A DNA stretch of 64,000 nucleotides, taken from positions 3,387 through 67,386 of the forward strand of contig JALGZR010000019.1 of assembly GCA_025774805.1 (NCBI GenBank), written 5' to 3'. Numbering within the stretch: the first letter of the stretch is position 1; the number at the start of each line of letters is the position of its first letter. This stretch comes from a bacterium. Its GTDB lineage: Bacteria; ARS69. A program made the position numbers and the translations under genes. The notes beneath the pieces were generated by a model. It did no database searches. It was not told where the DNA came from and saw nothing but the letters and a program-made list of their open reading frames with translations. Positions 53,332-63,042 of the stretch are shown here, in pieces.

Positions 53332-56300
53332 ATGACGATGGTCCGATCCGCTCTCGTACCGATCCTCCCGCTCTTCGCAATGGTCCTGACCCTTCCCGCT
53401 CCGGCTCCCTCCACCGAGCCCTCGTTTCCGGCGACGGCGCTTCTGCCGAAGGCCGAGACCGGCGTCGATCGGTTCCTCGCGGAGCACCCGGAGTACGACG
53501 GCCGCGGCGTGATCGTCGTCATCTTCGACAGCGGGGTGGATCCCGGTGCCCCGGGACTGCAGGTCACGACCGACGGCAAGCCGAAGATCATCGACGTGAT
53601 CGACGGCTCGGGCAGCGGGGACGTCGACACCTCGACGCGCCGGCAGCTCGAGGAGGGGACGCTCGACGGCCTCTCCGGACGGCGGCTGAGACCGCATCCC
53701 GACTGGAGCTGTCCCACGGGGGAGTACCACCTGGGGCTCAAGCCGGCGTACGAGCTGTTCCCGCGCGGTCTGGTGACCCGCCTGAAGGAGAAGCGGAGAG
53801 AGGACTGGGACGAGAGCCACCGGATCGCGGTGGAGACGGCGAACCGGGAGCTCGCCGATTGGAAAGACGCTCACCCCGAGCCGGCGGGTGAGGACCGGAA
53901 GTGGCGAGAGGAGCTGGAGGCGCGTCTCGAGAGGCTGAACGCGCTCGCAGAGGACTGGGACGATCCGGGTCCCGTGTACGACTGCGTCGTGTTCCACGAC
54001 GGGGAGCGTTGGCAGGCCGCGATCGACACCGACGAGGACGGCGACTTCGAGGACGAGACCTCGCTCACGAGTTTCCGCGATGAGCGGCGCTGGGCCACGT
54101 TCGGAGAAGAGGATCTCCTGAACTACGTGATCAACGTATACAAAGAGGGCGACCTGCTCTCGATCGTCGCGGACGCCGGCGCCCACGGAACTCACGTGGC
54201 CGGAATCGTGGCCGCGCACGACCCCGACCGTCCGGAGATGAACGGCATCGCCCCCGGGGCGCAGCTCGTGACGGTGAAGATCGGCGACACGCGTCTCGGA
54301 TCGACCTCGGTCGGGACCGGAGACGTTCGGGGACTCGTCGTGACCCGGCAGCACGACGCCGATCTCATCAACATGTCGTACGGCGGTCCGACCGCCATGC
54401 CCGACTACGGCCGGATCGACGATCTGCGCGGCGAGATCGTCAACGACGACGGGGTGATCTTCGTCTCGACGGCCGGGAATTCGGGGCCGGCGCTCTCCTC
54501 CGTCGGCGGTCCGGGGGGCACGTCCTCGGCCACACTGGGTATCGGAGCCGCGATCTCTCCTCCGATGATGGCGGCACAGTACTCGGTCCGGGATCCCTAC
54601 GACGAACTGCAATACCCCTGGTCGAGCCGGGGTCCCGTGCCGGACGGCTTCCTCGGCGTCGACTTCAGCGCTCCCGGCGCCGCGATCTCTCCGGTTCCGA
54701 ACTGGACGTTGCGCGGAAACGCGCTCATGAACGGCACGTCCATGGCGGCGCCCAGCGTCTGCGGGGGCATCGCGCTCCTCCTCTCCGGGATGAAGGCCGA
54801 AGGGGTCCCCTACACGCCGCACACGGTCCGGCGCGCCCTCGCGAACACGGCGCGTCCTCTTCCCGGCATGACGCCGTGGGACGAGGGCGCCGGCACGGTG
54901 CAGATCGACCGGGCCTGGGAGCATCTCCTCGAGCACGCCGGCCGATCGGACGGGGACGTGCGCTTCGAGATCTCCGTCGCCGCGAAGGCGGGAGGTCGAG
55001 GTATCTACCTGCGCGAGCCCTTCGAGAACGACCGTCCCTTCCTCTCCTCCGTGACCGTCGATCCGGTCTTTCCGGAGGAGGCCGACAATCGCGACAAGGT
55101 CGAGTACGAGACGCGCGTGCTCCTCGAGCCGTCCGAGCCCTGGGTGGAGGTCGCCGACGCCGTCCTCCTCATGCACGGAGGGCGGAGCTTCGACGTGCGG
55201 GTGGATCCGACCGGGCTTCCGCCGGGCGCCCACTGGGCCGAGATCCGGGGCCTGGACGCCCGCGATCCCCGTCTCGGTCCTCTCTTCCGGGTGCCGATCA
55301 CGGTCATCCGCACGCTCCCCTTGGAGGTCGGGTCGGAGTGGATCTACCGGGACACTCTCCGTTTCGTCCCGGGCCAGGTCGAGCGGCGCTTCCTCGCCGT
55401 TCCGTTCGGCGCCACGTGGGCCGACCTCACGCTTCGCCGTCTCGACGACGACACCTCGCGCCGCCTCATCCTCCACACGGTCCAGCTCGTCGAGGGGGAG
55501 GCATATTCTTCCCACAGCTTCCGCCGCTGGATCGGCTTCCGGGAGGACGCGGAGGTCGTCCGCACGATCCCGGTCGTCGGTGAGCGGACGCTCGAGCTTG
55601 CCGTCGCTCAGGACTGGCGAAGTCTCGGGGAGTCGGAGTTCGAACTCGAGGTCGAGTTTCACGGAATCGTGCCGGCCGACGAGCGCATCGCGCTCGACGG
55701 GGCCGGGATCGCCGTGCCGCTCGACGTGACGGCTCCTCTGCGGAGCGAGTCGCTCTCCCCGTCCGGCTCGCTGAAGACACTGCGGCGCCCGCTCCGGCCG
55801 TCCGAGACCGAGATCCGGGCGCTCGGCCCGGAGCGGGACCGTCTCTCGAAGGAGCGCCAGGTCTACGAGATGATCGCGACGTACGACGTGGCCGTCGCGG
55901 AGAAAGGGGAGTTCTCGGTCGTGCCCGCGATGAGCGCGCTTCCGCACATCGAGGACACGTACGAGTCGCAGCTCTGGATGATCCACGACGCGAACGGCCG
56001 GCGCGTCGCCGTGGGCGCGGGGGGAATCGACGAGACGGTGTCGCTCGACGAAGGCGACTACACGCTGCGGTACCACGTGCGACACGACGATCCGGCGGCG
56101 CTCGAGGCGATCGAGAGCGTGGCCGTGCTTCTCGACCGGAAGCTGGACCCGCCGATCTCGCTCTCCTTTCACCGTGACGCCGCCGCCGCGATGGAGGACC
56201 GGGACCCGTTCGGCACGCGCCGGCTCGCGGCAGGGGAGACGGCCCGTCTCGTGATCGCGGTGCCCGGTCCCGATGCGCTTCCCGAGGAGGCGAAGGAGGG

Positions 56301-57180
56301 GGACATCCTCCTGGGATCGGTGACGTTTGGCGAGAGCGACACCTCGCTGTCCGGATCCGGCCGGAGGCCCGGGGGGTACCCGGTGACGATGGCGGTGCCT
56401 CCCTCCCCGGCCACCCCGGAGGATTCCGACGCCGCCGAGGACGAGGCGGCGGACGAGAGGAGCGAGCTGGAGAAGCTCGCGGAGGAGGTACGCGACCTGA
56501 AGGTGGAGCGGCTCGAGACGCTCACCGGCGAGGAGAACGTCGAGGCCTTCGACGCGCTCGCAGACGAGATCCTGGACGAGTGGCCGCACCACCTTCCCGT
56601 ACTCGTGGCCAAGCTCCGTCGCCTCGATTCCGACGAGGAAGGAGAGAAGAAGGACGCGGGGGCGGTCGTGAAGGCGGCCGACCGGGTGATCGACCGCGTC
56701 GACACGGAGGAGCTCGCGGCGCACTTCGGCGTCACGGTGGACGAGGAGGATCCCGCGGCCCGGGCGAAGCACAAGGAGATGAAGGCGAGGCGGAGTGCTC
56801 TGCGCGAGGCGCTTCGCCGCAAAGCCGGCGCAATCCACGAGGTAGCGCGGGATAGGGCGGCACGATCGGCCGACGGCGCGATCGATCCCGAGGACGATCA
56901 CGTCCGTGCGTTCGAAATCGCCTTCGACGAGTACGACCGGTGGGTCGATCCCGACGACGAGGAGCGACTCGAGCTCGCACTGGATCGGGAGCGATTGCAC
57001 GGACGTCTCGGCAGCGCTCTCGCGATGCTCGACCGGCATATCGCCGACGCCGAGAAGCCGGAGCGGGATCTCTACGAGCGGCGGATCGCCCTCCTCGAAG
57101 GGCTCGGCTGGAATCACGCGGCGGAAAGCGGGCGGCGGGACCGTCTCGTGCGGTTCCCACCGGGGATGCCGCCGTTCTAG
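53332..57180 (+). CDS. Tripeptidyl-peptidase II-like S8 subtilase (1282 aa) with signal peptide
   Basis: EYDGRGVIVVIFDSGVDPGAPGLQVTTDGKPKIIDVIDGSGSGDVDT, DPGPVYDCVVFHDGERW, GAHGTHVAGI, IKIGDTRLGS and LMNGTSMAAPSVCGGIALLLSG align with eukaryotic TPP2 as I remember it, including the long Asp-His insert. Confidence 0.9.
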   Translation: MTMVRSALVPILPLFAMVLTLPAPAPSTEPSFPATALLPKAETGVDRFLAEHPEYDGRGVIVVIFDSGVDPGAPGLQVTTDGKPKIIDVIDGSGSGDVDTSTRRQLEEGTLDGLSGRRLRPHPDWSCPTGEYHLGLKPAYELFPRGLVTRLKEKRREDWDESHRIAVETANRELADWKDAHPEPAGEDRKWREELEARLERLNALAEDWDDPGPVYDCVVFHDGERWQAAIDTDEDGDFEDETSLTSFRDERRWATFGEEDLLNYVINVYKEGDLLSIVADAGAHGTHVAGIVAAHDPDRPEMNGIAPGAQLVTVKIGDTRLGSTSVGTGDVRGLVVTRQHDADLINMSYGGPTAMPDYGRIDDLRGEIVNDDGVIFVSTAGNSGPALSSVGGPGGTSSATLGIGAAISPPMMAAQYSVRDPYDELQYPWSSRGPVPDGFLGVDFSAPGAAISPVPNWTLRGNALMNGTSMAAPSVCGGIALLLSGMKAEGVPYTPHTVRRALANTARPLPGMTPWDEGAGTVQIDRAWEHLLEHAGRSDGDVRFEISVAAKAGGRGIYLREPFENDRPFLSSVTVDPVFPEEADNRDKVEYETRVLLEPSEPWVEVADAVLLMHGGRSFDVRVDPTGLPPGAHWAEIRGLDARDPRLGPLFRVPITVIRTLPLEVGSEWIYRDTLRFVPGQVERRFLAVPFGATWADLTLRRLDDDTSRRLILHTVQLVEGEAYSSHSFRRWIGFREDAEVVRTIPVVGERTLELAVAQDWRSLGESEFELEVEFHGIVPADERIALDGAGIAVPLDVTAPLRSESLSPSGSLKTLRRPLRPSETEIRALGPERDRLSKERQVYEMIATYDVAVAEKGEFSVVPAMSALPHIEDTYESQLWMIHDANGRRVAVGAGGIDETVSLDEGDYTLRYHVRHDDPAALEAIESVAVLLDRKLDPPISLSFHRDAAAAMEDRDPFGTRRLAAGETARLVIAVPGPDALPEEAKEGDILLGSVTFGESDTSLSGSGRRPGGYPVTMAVPPSPATPEDSDAAEDEAADERSELEKLAEEVRDLKVERLETLTGEENVEAFDALADEILDEWPHHLPVLVAKLRRLDSDEEGEKKDAGAVVKAADRVIDRVDTEELAAHFGVTVDEEDPAARAKHKEMKARRSALREALRRKAGAIHEVARDRAARSADGAIDPEDDHVRAFEIAFDEYDRWVDPDDEERLELALDRERLHGRLGSALAMLDRHIADAEKPERDLYERRIALLEGLGWNHAAESGRRDRLVRFPPGMPPF

Positions 57181-57221
57181 CCCGGGCTATCCTGCATTTC
57201 TCGCCAGGCTCGTTGCGAGGC
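57178..57221. repeat. Composite repeat: TAGCCCGGGCTA mini-palindrome followed by a family-2 left arm
   Basis: TAGCCCGGGCTA (57178-57189), then TCCTGCATTTCTCGCCAGGCTCGTTGCGAGGC. The first TAG is the stop of the peptidase gene. Confidence 0.4.
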
Positions 57222-57313
57222 TGCGGATAGTCTGCCGCTCGCGGCTTGCTTTCGATCCCCCCGAGGGTCCATCATCCCAACGGCTGCTCTCAGCCGGAAG
57301 GGAGGTCTCTGTC

Positions 57314-58012
57314 ATGCGCATTGCTTCTGTCTTCGCACTCCTGATTCTCGCCTTCGGACCGGCGCACGCCAGCGGGTTCGACCGCGACGGGAATCCCTTG
57401 TTCGGCGACGGCACCATCCGGGATCCGTCGGATCCCGTTGCTCCGCACCCCGGCGTCATGATCTTCGACAACCAGGCCGACTTCCTCGCCGCCGCCGGCA
57501 GCGTGACCACCGAGGATTTCGAGGACGAGCCGCTCGTGGGCGACTGCAGCAGCGGCGCACAGACGTTTCTGTCGTTCGACCACTTCGACGCCACGGCGAC
57601 CCCCGCCGCGCTTAAGGTGCTCGGTGTCGATTGCGGCAACGGCAACCACAACACGACCCCGGGCGGCTTCAAGTACCTGTCCGCGGACACGGATCTCGGG
57701 GGCGTCTCCGCCTTCGTGACGCTGTCTTTCAACACGTTCCTCCACGCGTTCGGGCTCTATCTCATCGACATCGAGGCCGGCGGAGGAAGCGTGGAGCTCA
57801 CCATCAACGGAGTCCCTTACCTGGTACCAGGGGGCCCGAACGGTGGAGAGAGCTACTTCGGGATCGTGAGCCCGGTCTCTTTCACCGACATCGAAATCGC
57901 GATCGTCTCGGGCTCCGACAGCCACTACTCGCTCGACGACATCGCGTACGGCGCGGGGCCGGTCGCGGTCGAGGCCGACTCCTGGGGCAAGGTCAAGGCG
58001 ATCTATCGCTAG
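57314..58012 (+). CDS. Secreted protein of unknown function ending in SWGKVKAIYR
   Basis: RBS GGGAGG. Signal peptide MRIASVFALLILAFGPAHA. The C-terminal motif is shared with the next gene. Confidence 0.6.
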   Translation: MRIASVFALLILAFGPAHASGFDRDGNPLFGDGTIRDPSDPVAPHPGVMIFDNQADFLAAAGSVTTEDFEDEPLVGDCSSGAQTFLSFDHFDATATPAALKVLGVDCGNGNHNTTPGGFKYLSADTDLGGVSAFVTLSFNTFLHAFGLYLIDIEAGGGSVELTINGVPYLVPGGPNGGESYFGIVSPVSFTDIEIAIVSGSDSHYSLDDIAYGAGPVAVEADSWGKVKAIYR

Positions 58013-58261
58013 ACGCCTCGGCCGACCGACGGTCGAGAGTCACCATGCCGGGAAGTGGGCGCGGGGCGGTTCTCCGTGACCGCCTCGTGCCGCCCGGCAA
58101 GCGCTCGGGGAGACGTGTCGGAGGAGCTTGGCCCGCCTTCTGCGCACGGTCCGGAGCTCTCCGGGGAGACCTGCCGGCCGGCCGGCGCGCACCGGAAGCG
58201 GTCGGGTTGTGATGCGGGACCGTACCGTGCGAGAATCGCAGGGTACGGAGGTCGATCGTCC

Positions 58262-59683
58262 ATGCGCTTTCCCGACGGCGCGCTCCCGCGCGGGTCCCGC
58301 CTCTCCACTCCGGTCGTCGCGGCCCTTCTCGCGGCGGTCGCCCCCCTCGGGGCCGCGGAGCACTCCGTCCGCGCCGACGGTCTCGGGGACTTCCCGACGA
58401 TTCAGGCCGCCGTCGACTCCGCGGACGCCGGAGACGTGATCGTTCTCGAGGACGGGGTCTTCACCGGGAACGGGAACCGCGACGTCCGCTTCTTCGGAAA
58501 GGACCTCGTCGTTCGCTCGCGCAACGGGCCCGGCGCCTGCACGATCGACTGCGAGGGGTCCAGTGGGGACCCCCATCGCGCCTTTCGACTCGATGCCGGG
58601 GAGACACCGGCCTCGCGGATCGAGGGGATCACGATCGTCGGGGGCTTCGTCGAGGGTCCGTTCCCCGAGAGCGGCGGCGGCGGCATTCTCATCGCGTACG
58701 GAAGCCATCCCGTCGTGACGGACTGCGTGTTCGACGGGAACCGAACCGGCTTCCAGGGATTCGGCGCGGGACTCCTCGCCTGGGAAGACTGTGACATCAC
58801 GCTGACGGACTGCGTGTTCGTCCACGGGGAGTCGGGCTGGTACGGAGGAGGATTCGTCCTCCGCCGGTTCTGCGACGCGACGGTCGAGAGGTGCATCGTT
58901 CTGGACAACGAGGCGTTGCACGCCGGGGGAGGCGCCTCGATCACGCGCTCGAACGCCATCGTGAACGACTGCGTCTTCGCGGACAATCGGGTCACGGAGG
59001 CGGGCGGGGGAGGGGTCCTCGTCAAGGCGGAAGCGGAGCCCGTCTTCACGCGGTGCGTGTTCGTCGGCAATCGGGCGTGGGCCGGCGGCGGGATCGGTCT
59101 CGGCAACGATCCGCGCGTCACGCTGGTCGACTGTCTCTTCGACGGCAACGTGTCGCAGGTCGGAGGCGGCGGAGCCATCGAGCTCGACGCGAACCGCTGC
59201 GGGGCCTTACTTACGGGCTGCACGCTCGTGAACAACGCGGCGCCCGGGTGGGGACAGCATCTCTACGTCGGTCCGACGTCCGACGCGACCGTCCGCAACT
59301 CGATCCTCAGTGGGGGGTGCACGGCGATGAACCCCGCTCGCGTGGAGTACGGCGGAACGCTCGACATCGACTGCTCCCTGGTCGAGGGAGGTGAGGAGGC
59401 CGTCTCGGGAGGAGGAACCCTGATCTACGGGCCGGACAACTTCGACGGGGATCCGATGTTCTGCGACCCGGACACCTGCGGCGCCTCTTCCTGGCCCACC
59501 GGGGACTACACTCTCGACTCCCAGTCGCCCGCGACCGCGGGCCAGAGCGGCTGCGGTCTCGTCGGCGCCTTCCCCGTCGGGTGCGGAGCGACTCCCGTCG
59601 AAGGCGGCATCGGGGGAAGATCCTGGGGGCGGGTCAAGGTTCTCTACCGGGGCACGCGGAACCCGCCGTCCGGCGGGGGCTGA
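58262..59683 (+). CDS. Secreted right-handed parallel beta-helix repeat protein
   Basis: Signal-like N-terminus. Repeated ..C.F..N.A..GGG.. units typical of pectate-lyase-fold repeats. SWGRVKVLYR near the C-terminus. Confidence 0.7.
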   Translation: MRFPDGALPRGSRLSTPVVAALLAAVAPLGAAEHSVRADGLGDFPTIQAAVDSADAGDVIVLEDGVFTGNGNRDVRFFGKDLVVRSRNGPGACTIDCEGSSGDPHRAFRLDAGETPASRIEGITIVGGFVEGPFPESGGGGILIAYGSHPVVTDCVFDGNRTGFQGFGAGLLAWEDCDITLTDCVFVHGESGWYGGGFVLRRFCDATVERCIVLDNEALHAGGGASITRSNAIVNDCVFADNRVTEAGGGGVLVKAEAEPVFTRCVFVGNRAWAGGGIGLGNDPRVTLVDCLFDGNVSQVGGGGAIELDANRCGALLTGCTLVNNAAPGWGQHLYVGPTSDATVRNSILSGGCTAMNPARVEYGGTLDIDCSLVEGGEEAVSGGGTLIYGPDNFDGDPMFCDPDTCGASSWPTGDYTLDSQSPATAGQSGCGLVGAFPVGCGATPVEGGIGGRSWGRVKVLYRGTRNPPSGGG

Positions 59684-59701
59684 GCCCTGATGTGAGACTT
59701 C

Positions 59702-59735
59702 GAAGCCCCCGGGACCAAGGGGTCTCGGGGGCTTC
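59702..59735. terminator. GC-rich hairpin between convergent genes (possible bidirectional terminator)
   Basis: GAAGCCCCCGGGAC-CAAGGG-GTCTCGGGGGCTTC (14-bp stem, 1 mismatch), followed by TTCC. Located 19 nt after the stop at 59683. Confidence 0.5.
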
Positions 59736-59758
59736 TTCCCCAACGACGATCTCGTGCC

Positions 59759-61414
59759 TTACTCGTTCGAGCGATCGACCGCCACCAGGCGCCCGCCGCC
59801 GCTCACGTAGGCGACGACCGACGGGCCGAACCCGTCCCCCCGGTCGACCTGGAACTTGATGGCCGAGAACTCGCCGCCGCCCGAGGGCACGGCGACTTCG
59901 AGGGCGCGGATCTCTTGCCATTCCGACCAGCCGCCCACGGGATCGCGATCTTCGTCGACCGTAGCGGTCTTCACGCGATAGCGCGACTCGGCGGCCGTCC
60001 AGAGGCCACGGTCGATCCCGAGATCCACGGCCCTCACCGATCCTCCTTCCACCCGGAAGTAGTCGATGGGACAGACCTTCTGGAACCACTCCCGACCGAT
60101 CATGTCGCGCCGTTCGGCGAGCACCCTCGCCACGTAGCTGGCGGCGCTCGGGTTCTGGTACTTCGCTGTCTGGCAGACCGCCTCGAGATGCTCGTCGCGG
60201 AACGCGGTGATGATCTTCGCGGCCCAGTAGCCGTCTTGCTGGGTCATCTTCGCGAAAGCGGTGTTCGGTGTGAGCGGCTTGAATCCGCCCGGGTTGTAGT
60301 ACTCGGCGCTCCAGTACCCGACTTCGTCGAGGCCCGCCGGCCGTTCGAGCCGGCGCCAGTCGTCCTCTTTCAGACCGACGGTGAAGAGCCGCCCCATTGT
60401 CTGCCAGAAGTCGAACCCGTACTCCATCCCGTTCTTGGGGACGGGGCCGTGAGCCCCGTTGCCGAGCGAGCTCGCGAAATCGATCAGATAGTGGCGTACG
60501 AAACGCTTGCCGTCTTCCTCGACGTAGAGGTCGAGGGTGTTGTGCTGCTTCGTGTCGAAGTGGTTGACCCAGCCCGCGAGCAGTCGCAGGCCGCGCAGAT
60601 CGCGCCGATCCTCGTGCTTGATCTTGTCGTTGGGATCGTCGCTTCGCCTGCCCTTGTAGTCGAAAGGTCCGACCGGCGTTCCCGATATGAACTTGCTCGA
60701 GATGGCGAGATACTCTCCCGAGGGGGCCTGCTCGACCTCCGCCAGGATGTCGTCGAGATCGGAGCTGGTCATGGTCCGCTCGGTACTTCGATCGATCTTG
60801 ATCTTCACGTTGTCGCCGATCTCGAGGTCGCTTCGTCGGAACGTGACGACGTTGTCGTCCGGAACGTTGTAGCCCGCGGCGTGAAGAATCCGGCAGACGA
60901 TCGCACCGGATCCGCTGGTGAGGCCGGGATACCCCGGAGGATCGAACTTGACCAAGTACACGTCGCCCTTGGCATCACGAATGTTGAAGCCCGGCGTGAC
61001 GCCCTCGGTCTTGGCGCTCACGATCGTCCACGGTCCGCTCCGATCGGGACCGGTTCCCTCCCCCGGTCCTTGGGCCACTTCCGCCGGTGTCATGGGGAAG
61101 AGCCCGATCCGGTTGGTGAACCACGTCGAGTTCGGCACTTCGCCGAGCGCGTTGCAGTTCTGCGCCGGGCGCCACCTGTCACCGCCGAGATCGCGAATCC
61201 AGGTAGAGAAGCGAAAGTTCCGTCGGGTCGGGCGCGTGAGAGTCGAATGAACTTGATCGGCCCGGAGATCCGGATCCCGTTTTCGGGGTTTCGCGATGTC
61301 GCTCTGGTCGTCGGCGTACCACACGATGGGTTCGTCGGTGAGCTCGTCGGCCGCAACGGCCGTCCCGGCAAAGGAGCCGCAAAGAAGGGCGGCGGCGAAA
61401 AATGCGCGTTTCAT
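59759..61414 (-). CDS. Secreted protein of unknown function (551 aa)
   Basis: RBS AAGGAGG + ATG 61414. Signal peptide MKRAFFAAALLCGSFAGTAVA. No family recognised. Confidence 0.65.
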   Translation of the reverse strand: MKRAFFAAALLCGSFAGTAVAADELTDEPIVWYADDQSDIAKPRKRDPDLRADQVHSTLTRPTRRNFRFSTWIRDLGGDRWRPAQNCNALGEVPNSTWFTNRIGLFPMTPAEVAQGPGEGTGPDRSGPWTIVSAKTEGVTPGFNIRDAKGDVYLVKFDPPGYPGLTSGSGAIVCRILHAAGYNVPDDNVVTFRRSDLEIGDNVKIKIDRSTERTMTSSDLDDILAEVEQAPSGEYLAISSKFISGTPVGPFDYKGRRSDDPNDKIKHEDRRDLRGLRLLAGWVNHFDTKQHNTLDLYVEEDGKRFVRHYLIDFASSLGNGAHGPVPKNGMEYGFDFWQTMGRLFTVGLKEDDWRRLERPAGLDEVGYWSAEYYNPGGFKPLTPNTAFAKMTQQDGYWAAKIITAFRDEHLEAVCQTAKYQNPSAASYVARVLAERRDMIGREWFQKVCPIDYFRVEGGSVRAVDLGIDRGLWTAAESRYRVKTATVDEDRDPVGGWSEWQEIRALEVAVPSGGGEFSAIKFQVDRGDGFGPSVVAYVSGGGRLVAVDRSNE

Positions 61415-61426
61415 CGTCACGCCTCC

Positions 61427-62947
61427 TTATCGCTCGGGAACGGGGTTGCGGCCGTGGAAGAGACCACCCTTGCCGAACTGGAAGAGCTGATCGGCCCGCA
61501 GGCGGAAGATGGTCTCCTGGTTGCTGTGACCGACTTCGAGTCGCCCGATGAAGTTGCCCATTCCGGCAATACGAAGACCACCTCCGTACGACGTGGTGAT
61601 GTCGTCGCCGGCCACGTCGAGCTCGGGGAAGACCTGACCGAAGTCGGCGAAGGCGTAGGCGTCGAGACCGAAGCCGTTCACATGGTTGAGCGCCCAGAGC
61701 GGCCAGCGGTACTCGGCCGTCACTGCCCAGATCCCCGTGTCGCGGAACCGGTAGTCGTGGTACCCGCGGAAGACGTCGGGATCGTCGTTCGTGAGCAGGC
61801 GCTGGAACGGGATCGGGTCGTTGCCCCGGTCCTCGAGCTTTTCGATATAGCCGCGAAGTGCGAGTGTCCGCCTCGAGAACCAGAGCGGGACGAACTGCTG
61901 AGCTTCCCCACGGTATATGAGGAACTGCACGTCGTCATCGCCGCTGGCGGAGAAGTAGCCGATCTTGCCTCGGAGTACGGTGCCGCTCTCGGGGCGCCCT
62001 GCTTCGGCCGTATTGTCGAACGAGAGCTCGGCCGTGTAGGTCATGCCGTCGGAGCGGTCACGGTAGCCGACGAACGGCCGGCCGTTGCTCACTTCCGCGG
62101 CGAGCTCATCGGCGAACCCGCCCTCGCCTCCGGGCTCGGTGGCGTTGGGGTCTGAGAGGCGGGGGTCGTCGGAATCCTCAGTGCCGTTCGCGGACACGCC
62201 GCTGAAGATCCCCGAGAACTTCAACGCGAAACCGCTCGCGCCCAGATGGCGCTCGACGCTCAACCCTCCCCAGGCCTGCTCTTCGCGATAGAACGACTTG
62301 CGATCTCGGGTGAGCCGGTCCTGGGGACCGATCCCGTAGAAGCGTGAGTTGATGTCGGACCGGTATCCGCCTCCGGCCTCGATCATCACTCGCTCACCGC
62401 GGGGATGCCGTACACCGAGGATCGCTTTGCCCTGGCCCTTCGTGCTCCCGGCAAGCTTGATCTTGAGCTTGCCGTCCTCGTTGAGGAAGTTCGGCGTATC
62501 GAAAGAGATGTTCCCGCCGAATCCGTCCTGGCTCCCGAGGCCGATCCCGCCGGAGAGATATGTGGGACCGATCTTGATCGGGAAGAGGTGGACGAGCTCC
62601 TGCACGATCGTCGAGTTGTACGCGTGAGCGCCCCCTTCGGCGAGCATGTTGAGAGCCTCGATCGGAATGCTCGCGACGTAGACGGGAAGGTCGACGACGT
62701 ACTCCCATGCGGGGCGGCCAACCGGCTCCTGAGCGACCGTGTTCGCGCTCGACGATTCGGGGATCTCTCCCCAATAGCTGTCACCGGAGCCTCCTCCGCC
62801 GGAGACGGAAGCGCCGGCCCGTGCCCCCGTCTCCTTCGCGGGGGCGCTGGGGACAATCCCTTCCTCTTCCGCCCCGGCCCCGGCCGGCGCCAGCAGCCAC
62901 GCCGACGCGACAAAGAGAACGCACGTGAAACGAGGTTTCGAGTTCAT
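61427..62947 (-). CDS. Putative outer-membrane beta-barrel protein (Omp85/surface-antigen-like barrel)
   Basis: Signal peptide. Alternating-hydrophobic strands. ..FRGYHDYRFRD..AEYRWPLW..FADFGQVF..YGGGLRI.. resembles the C-terminal barrel of Omp85-family proteins. Confidence 0.5.
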   Translation of the reverse strand: MNSKPRFTCVLFVASAWLLAPAGAGAEEEGIVPSAPAKETGARAGASVSGGGGSGDSYWGEIPESSSANTVAQEPVGRPAWEYVVDLPVYVASIPIEALNMLAEGGAHAYNSTIVQELVHLFPIKIGPTYLSGGIGLGSQDGFGGNISFDTPNFLNEDGKLKIKLAGSTKGQGKAILGVRHPRGERVMIEAGGGYRSDINSRFYGIGPQDRLTRDRKSFYREEQAWGGLSVERHLGASGFALKFSGIFSGVSANGTEDSDDPRLSDPNATEPGGEGGFADELAAEVSNGRPFVGYRDRSDGMTYTAELSFDNTAEAGRPESGTVLRGKIGYFSASGDDDVQFLIYRGEAQQFVPLWFSRRTLALRGYIEKLEDRGNDPIPFQRLLTNDDPDVFRGYHDYRFRDTGIWAVTAEYRWPLWALNHVNGFGLDAYAFADFGQVFPELDVAGDDITTSYGGGLRIAGMGNFIGRLEVGHSNQETIFRLRADQLFQFGKGGLFHGRNPVPER

Positions 62948-63042
62948 GTTACGGCCCTACCTTGATTCAGCGTGAGACTGGCTGGTGAGCGTCCGTAGTC
63001 TCGCGGAAAGCCCGAGGGCAGTCAATCCCGGTGAGGGGAGTC

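Noticed and set aside
53182-57117. 1311-aa minus-strand ORF opposite the TPP2-like gene
   Set aside because: It is the longest ORF in the window, but its translation is Arg/Gly/Pro/Val-rich with no motifs. The plus strand matches a known protease family over its full length.
37521-57221. The family-2 repeats as a CRISPR array
   Set aside because: The copies lie kilobases apart, are themselves palindromic and vary in length. No regular repeat-spacer periodicity or cas genes are present.
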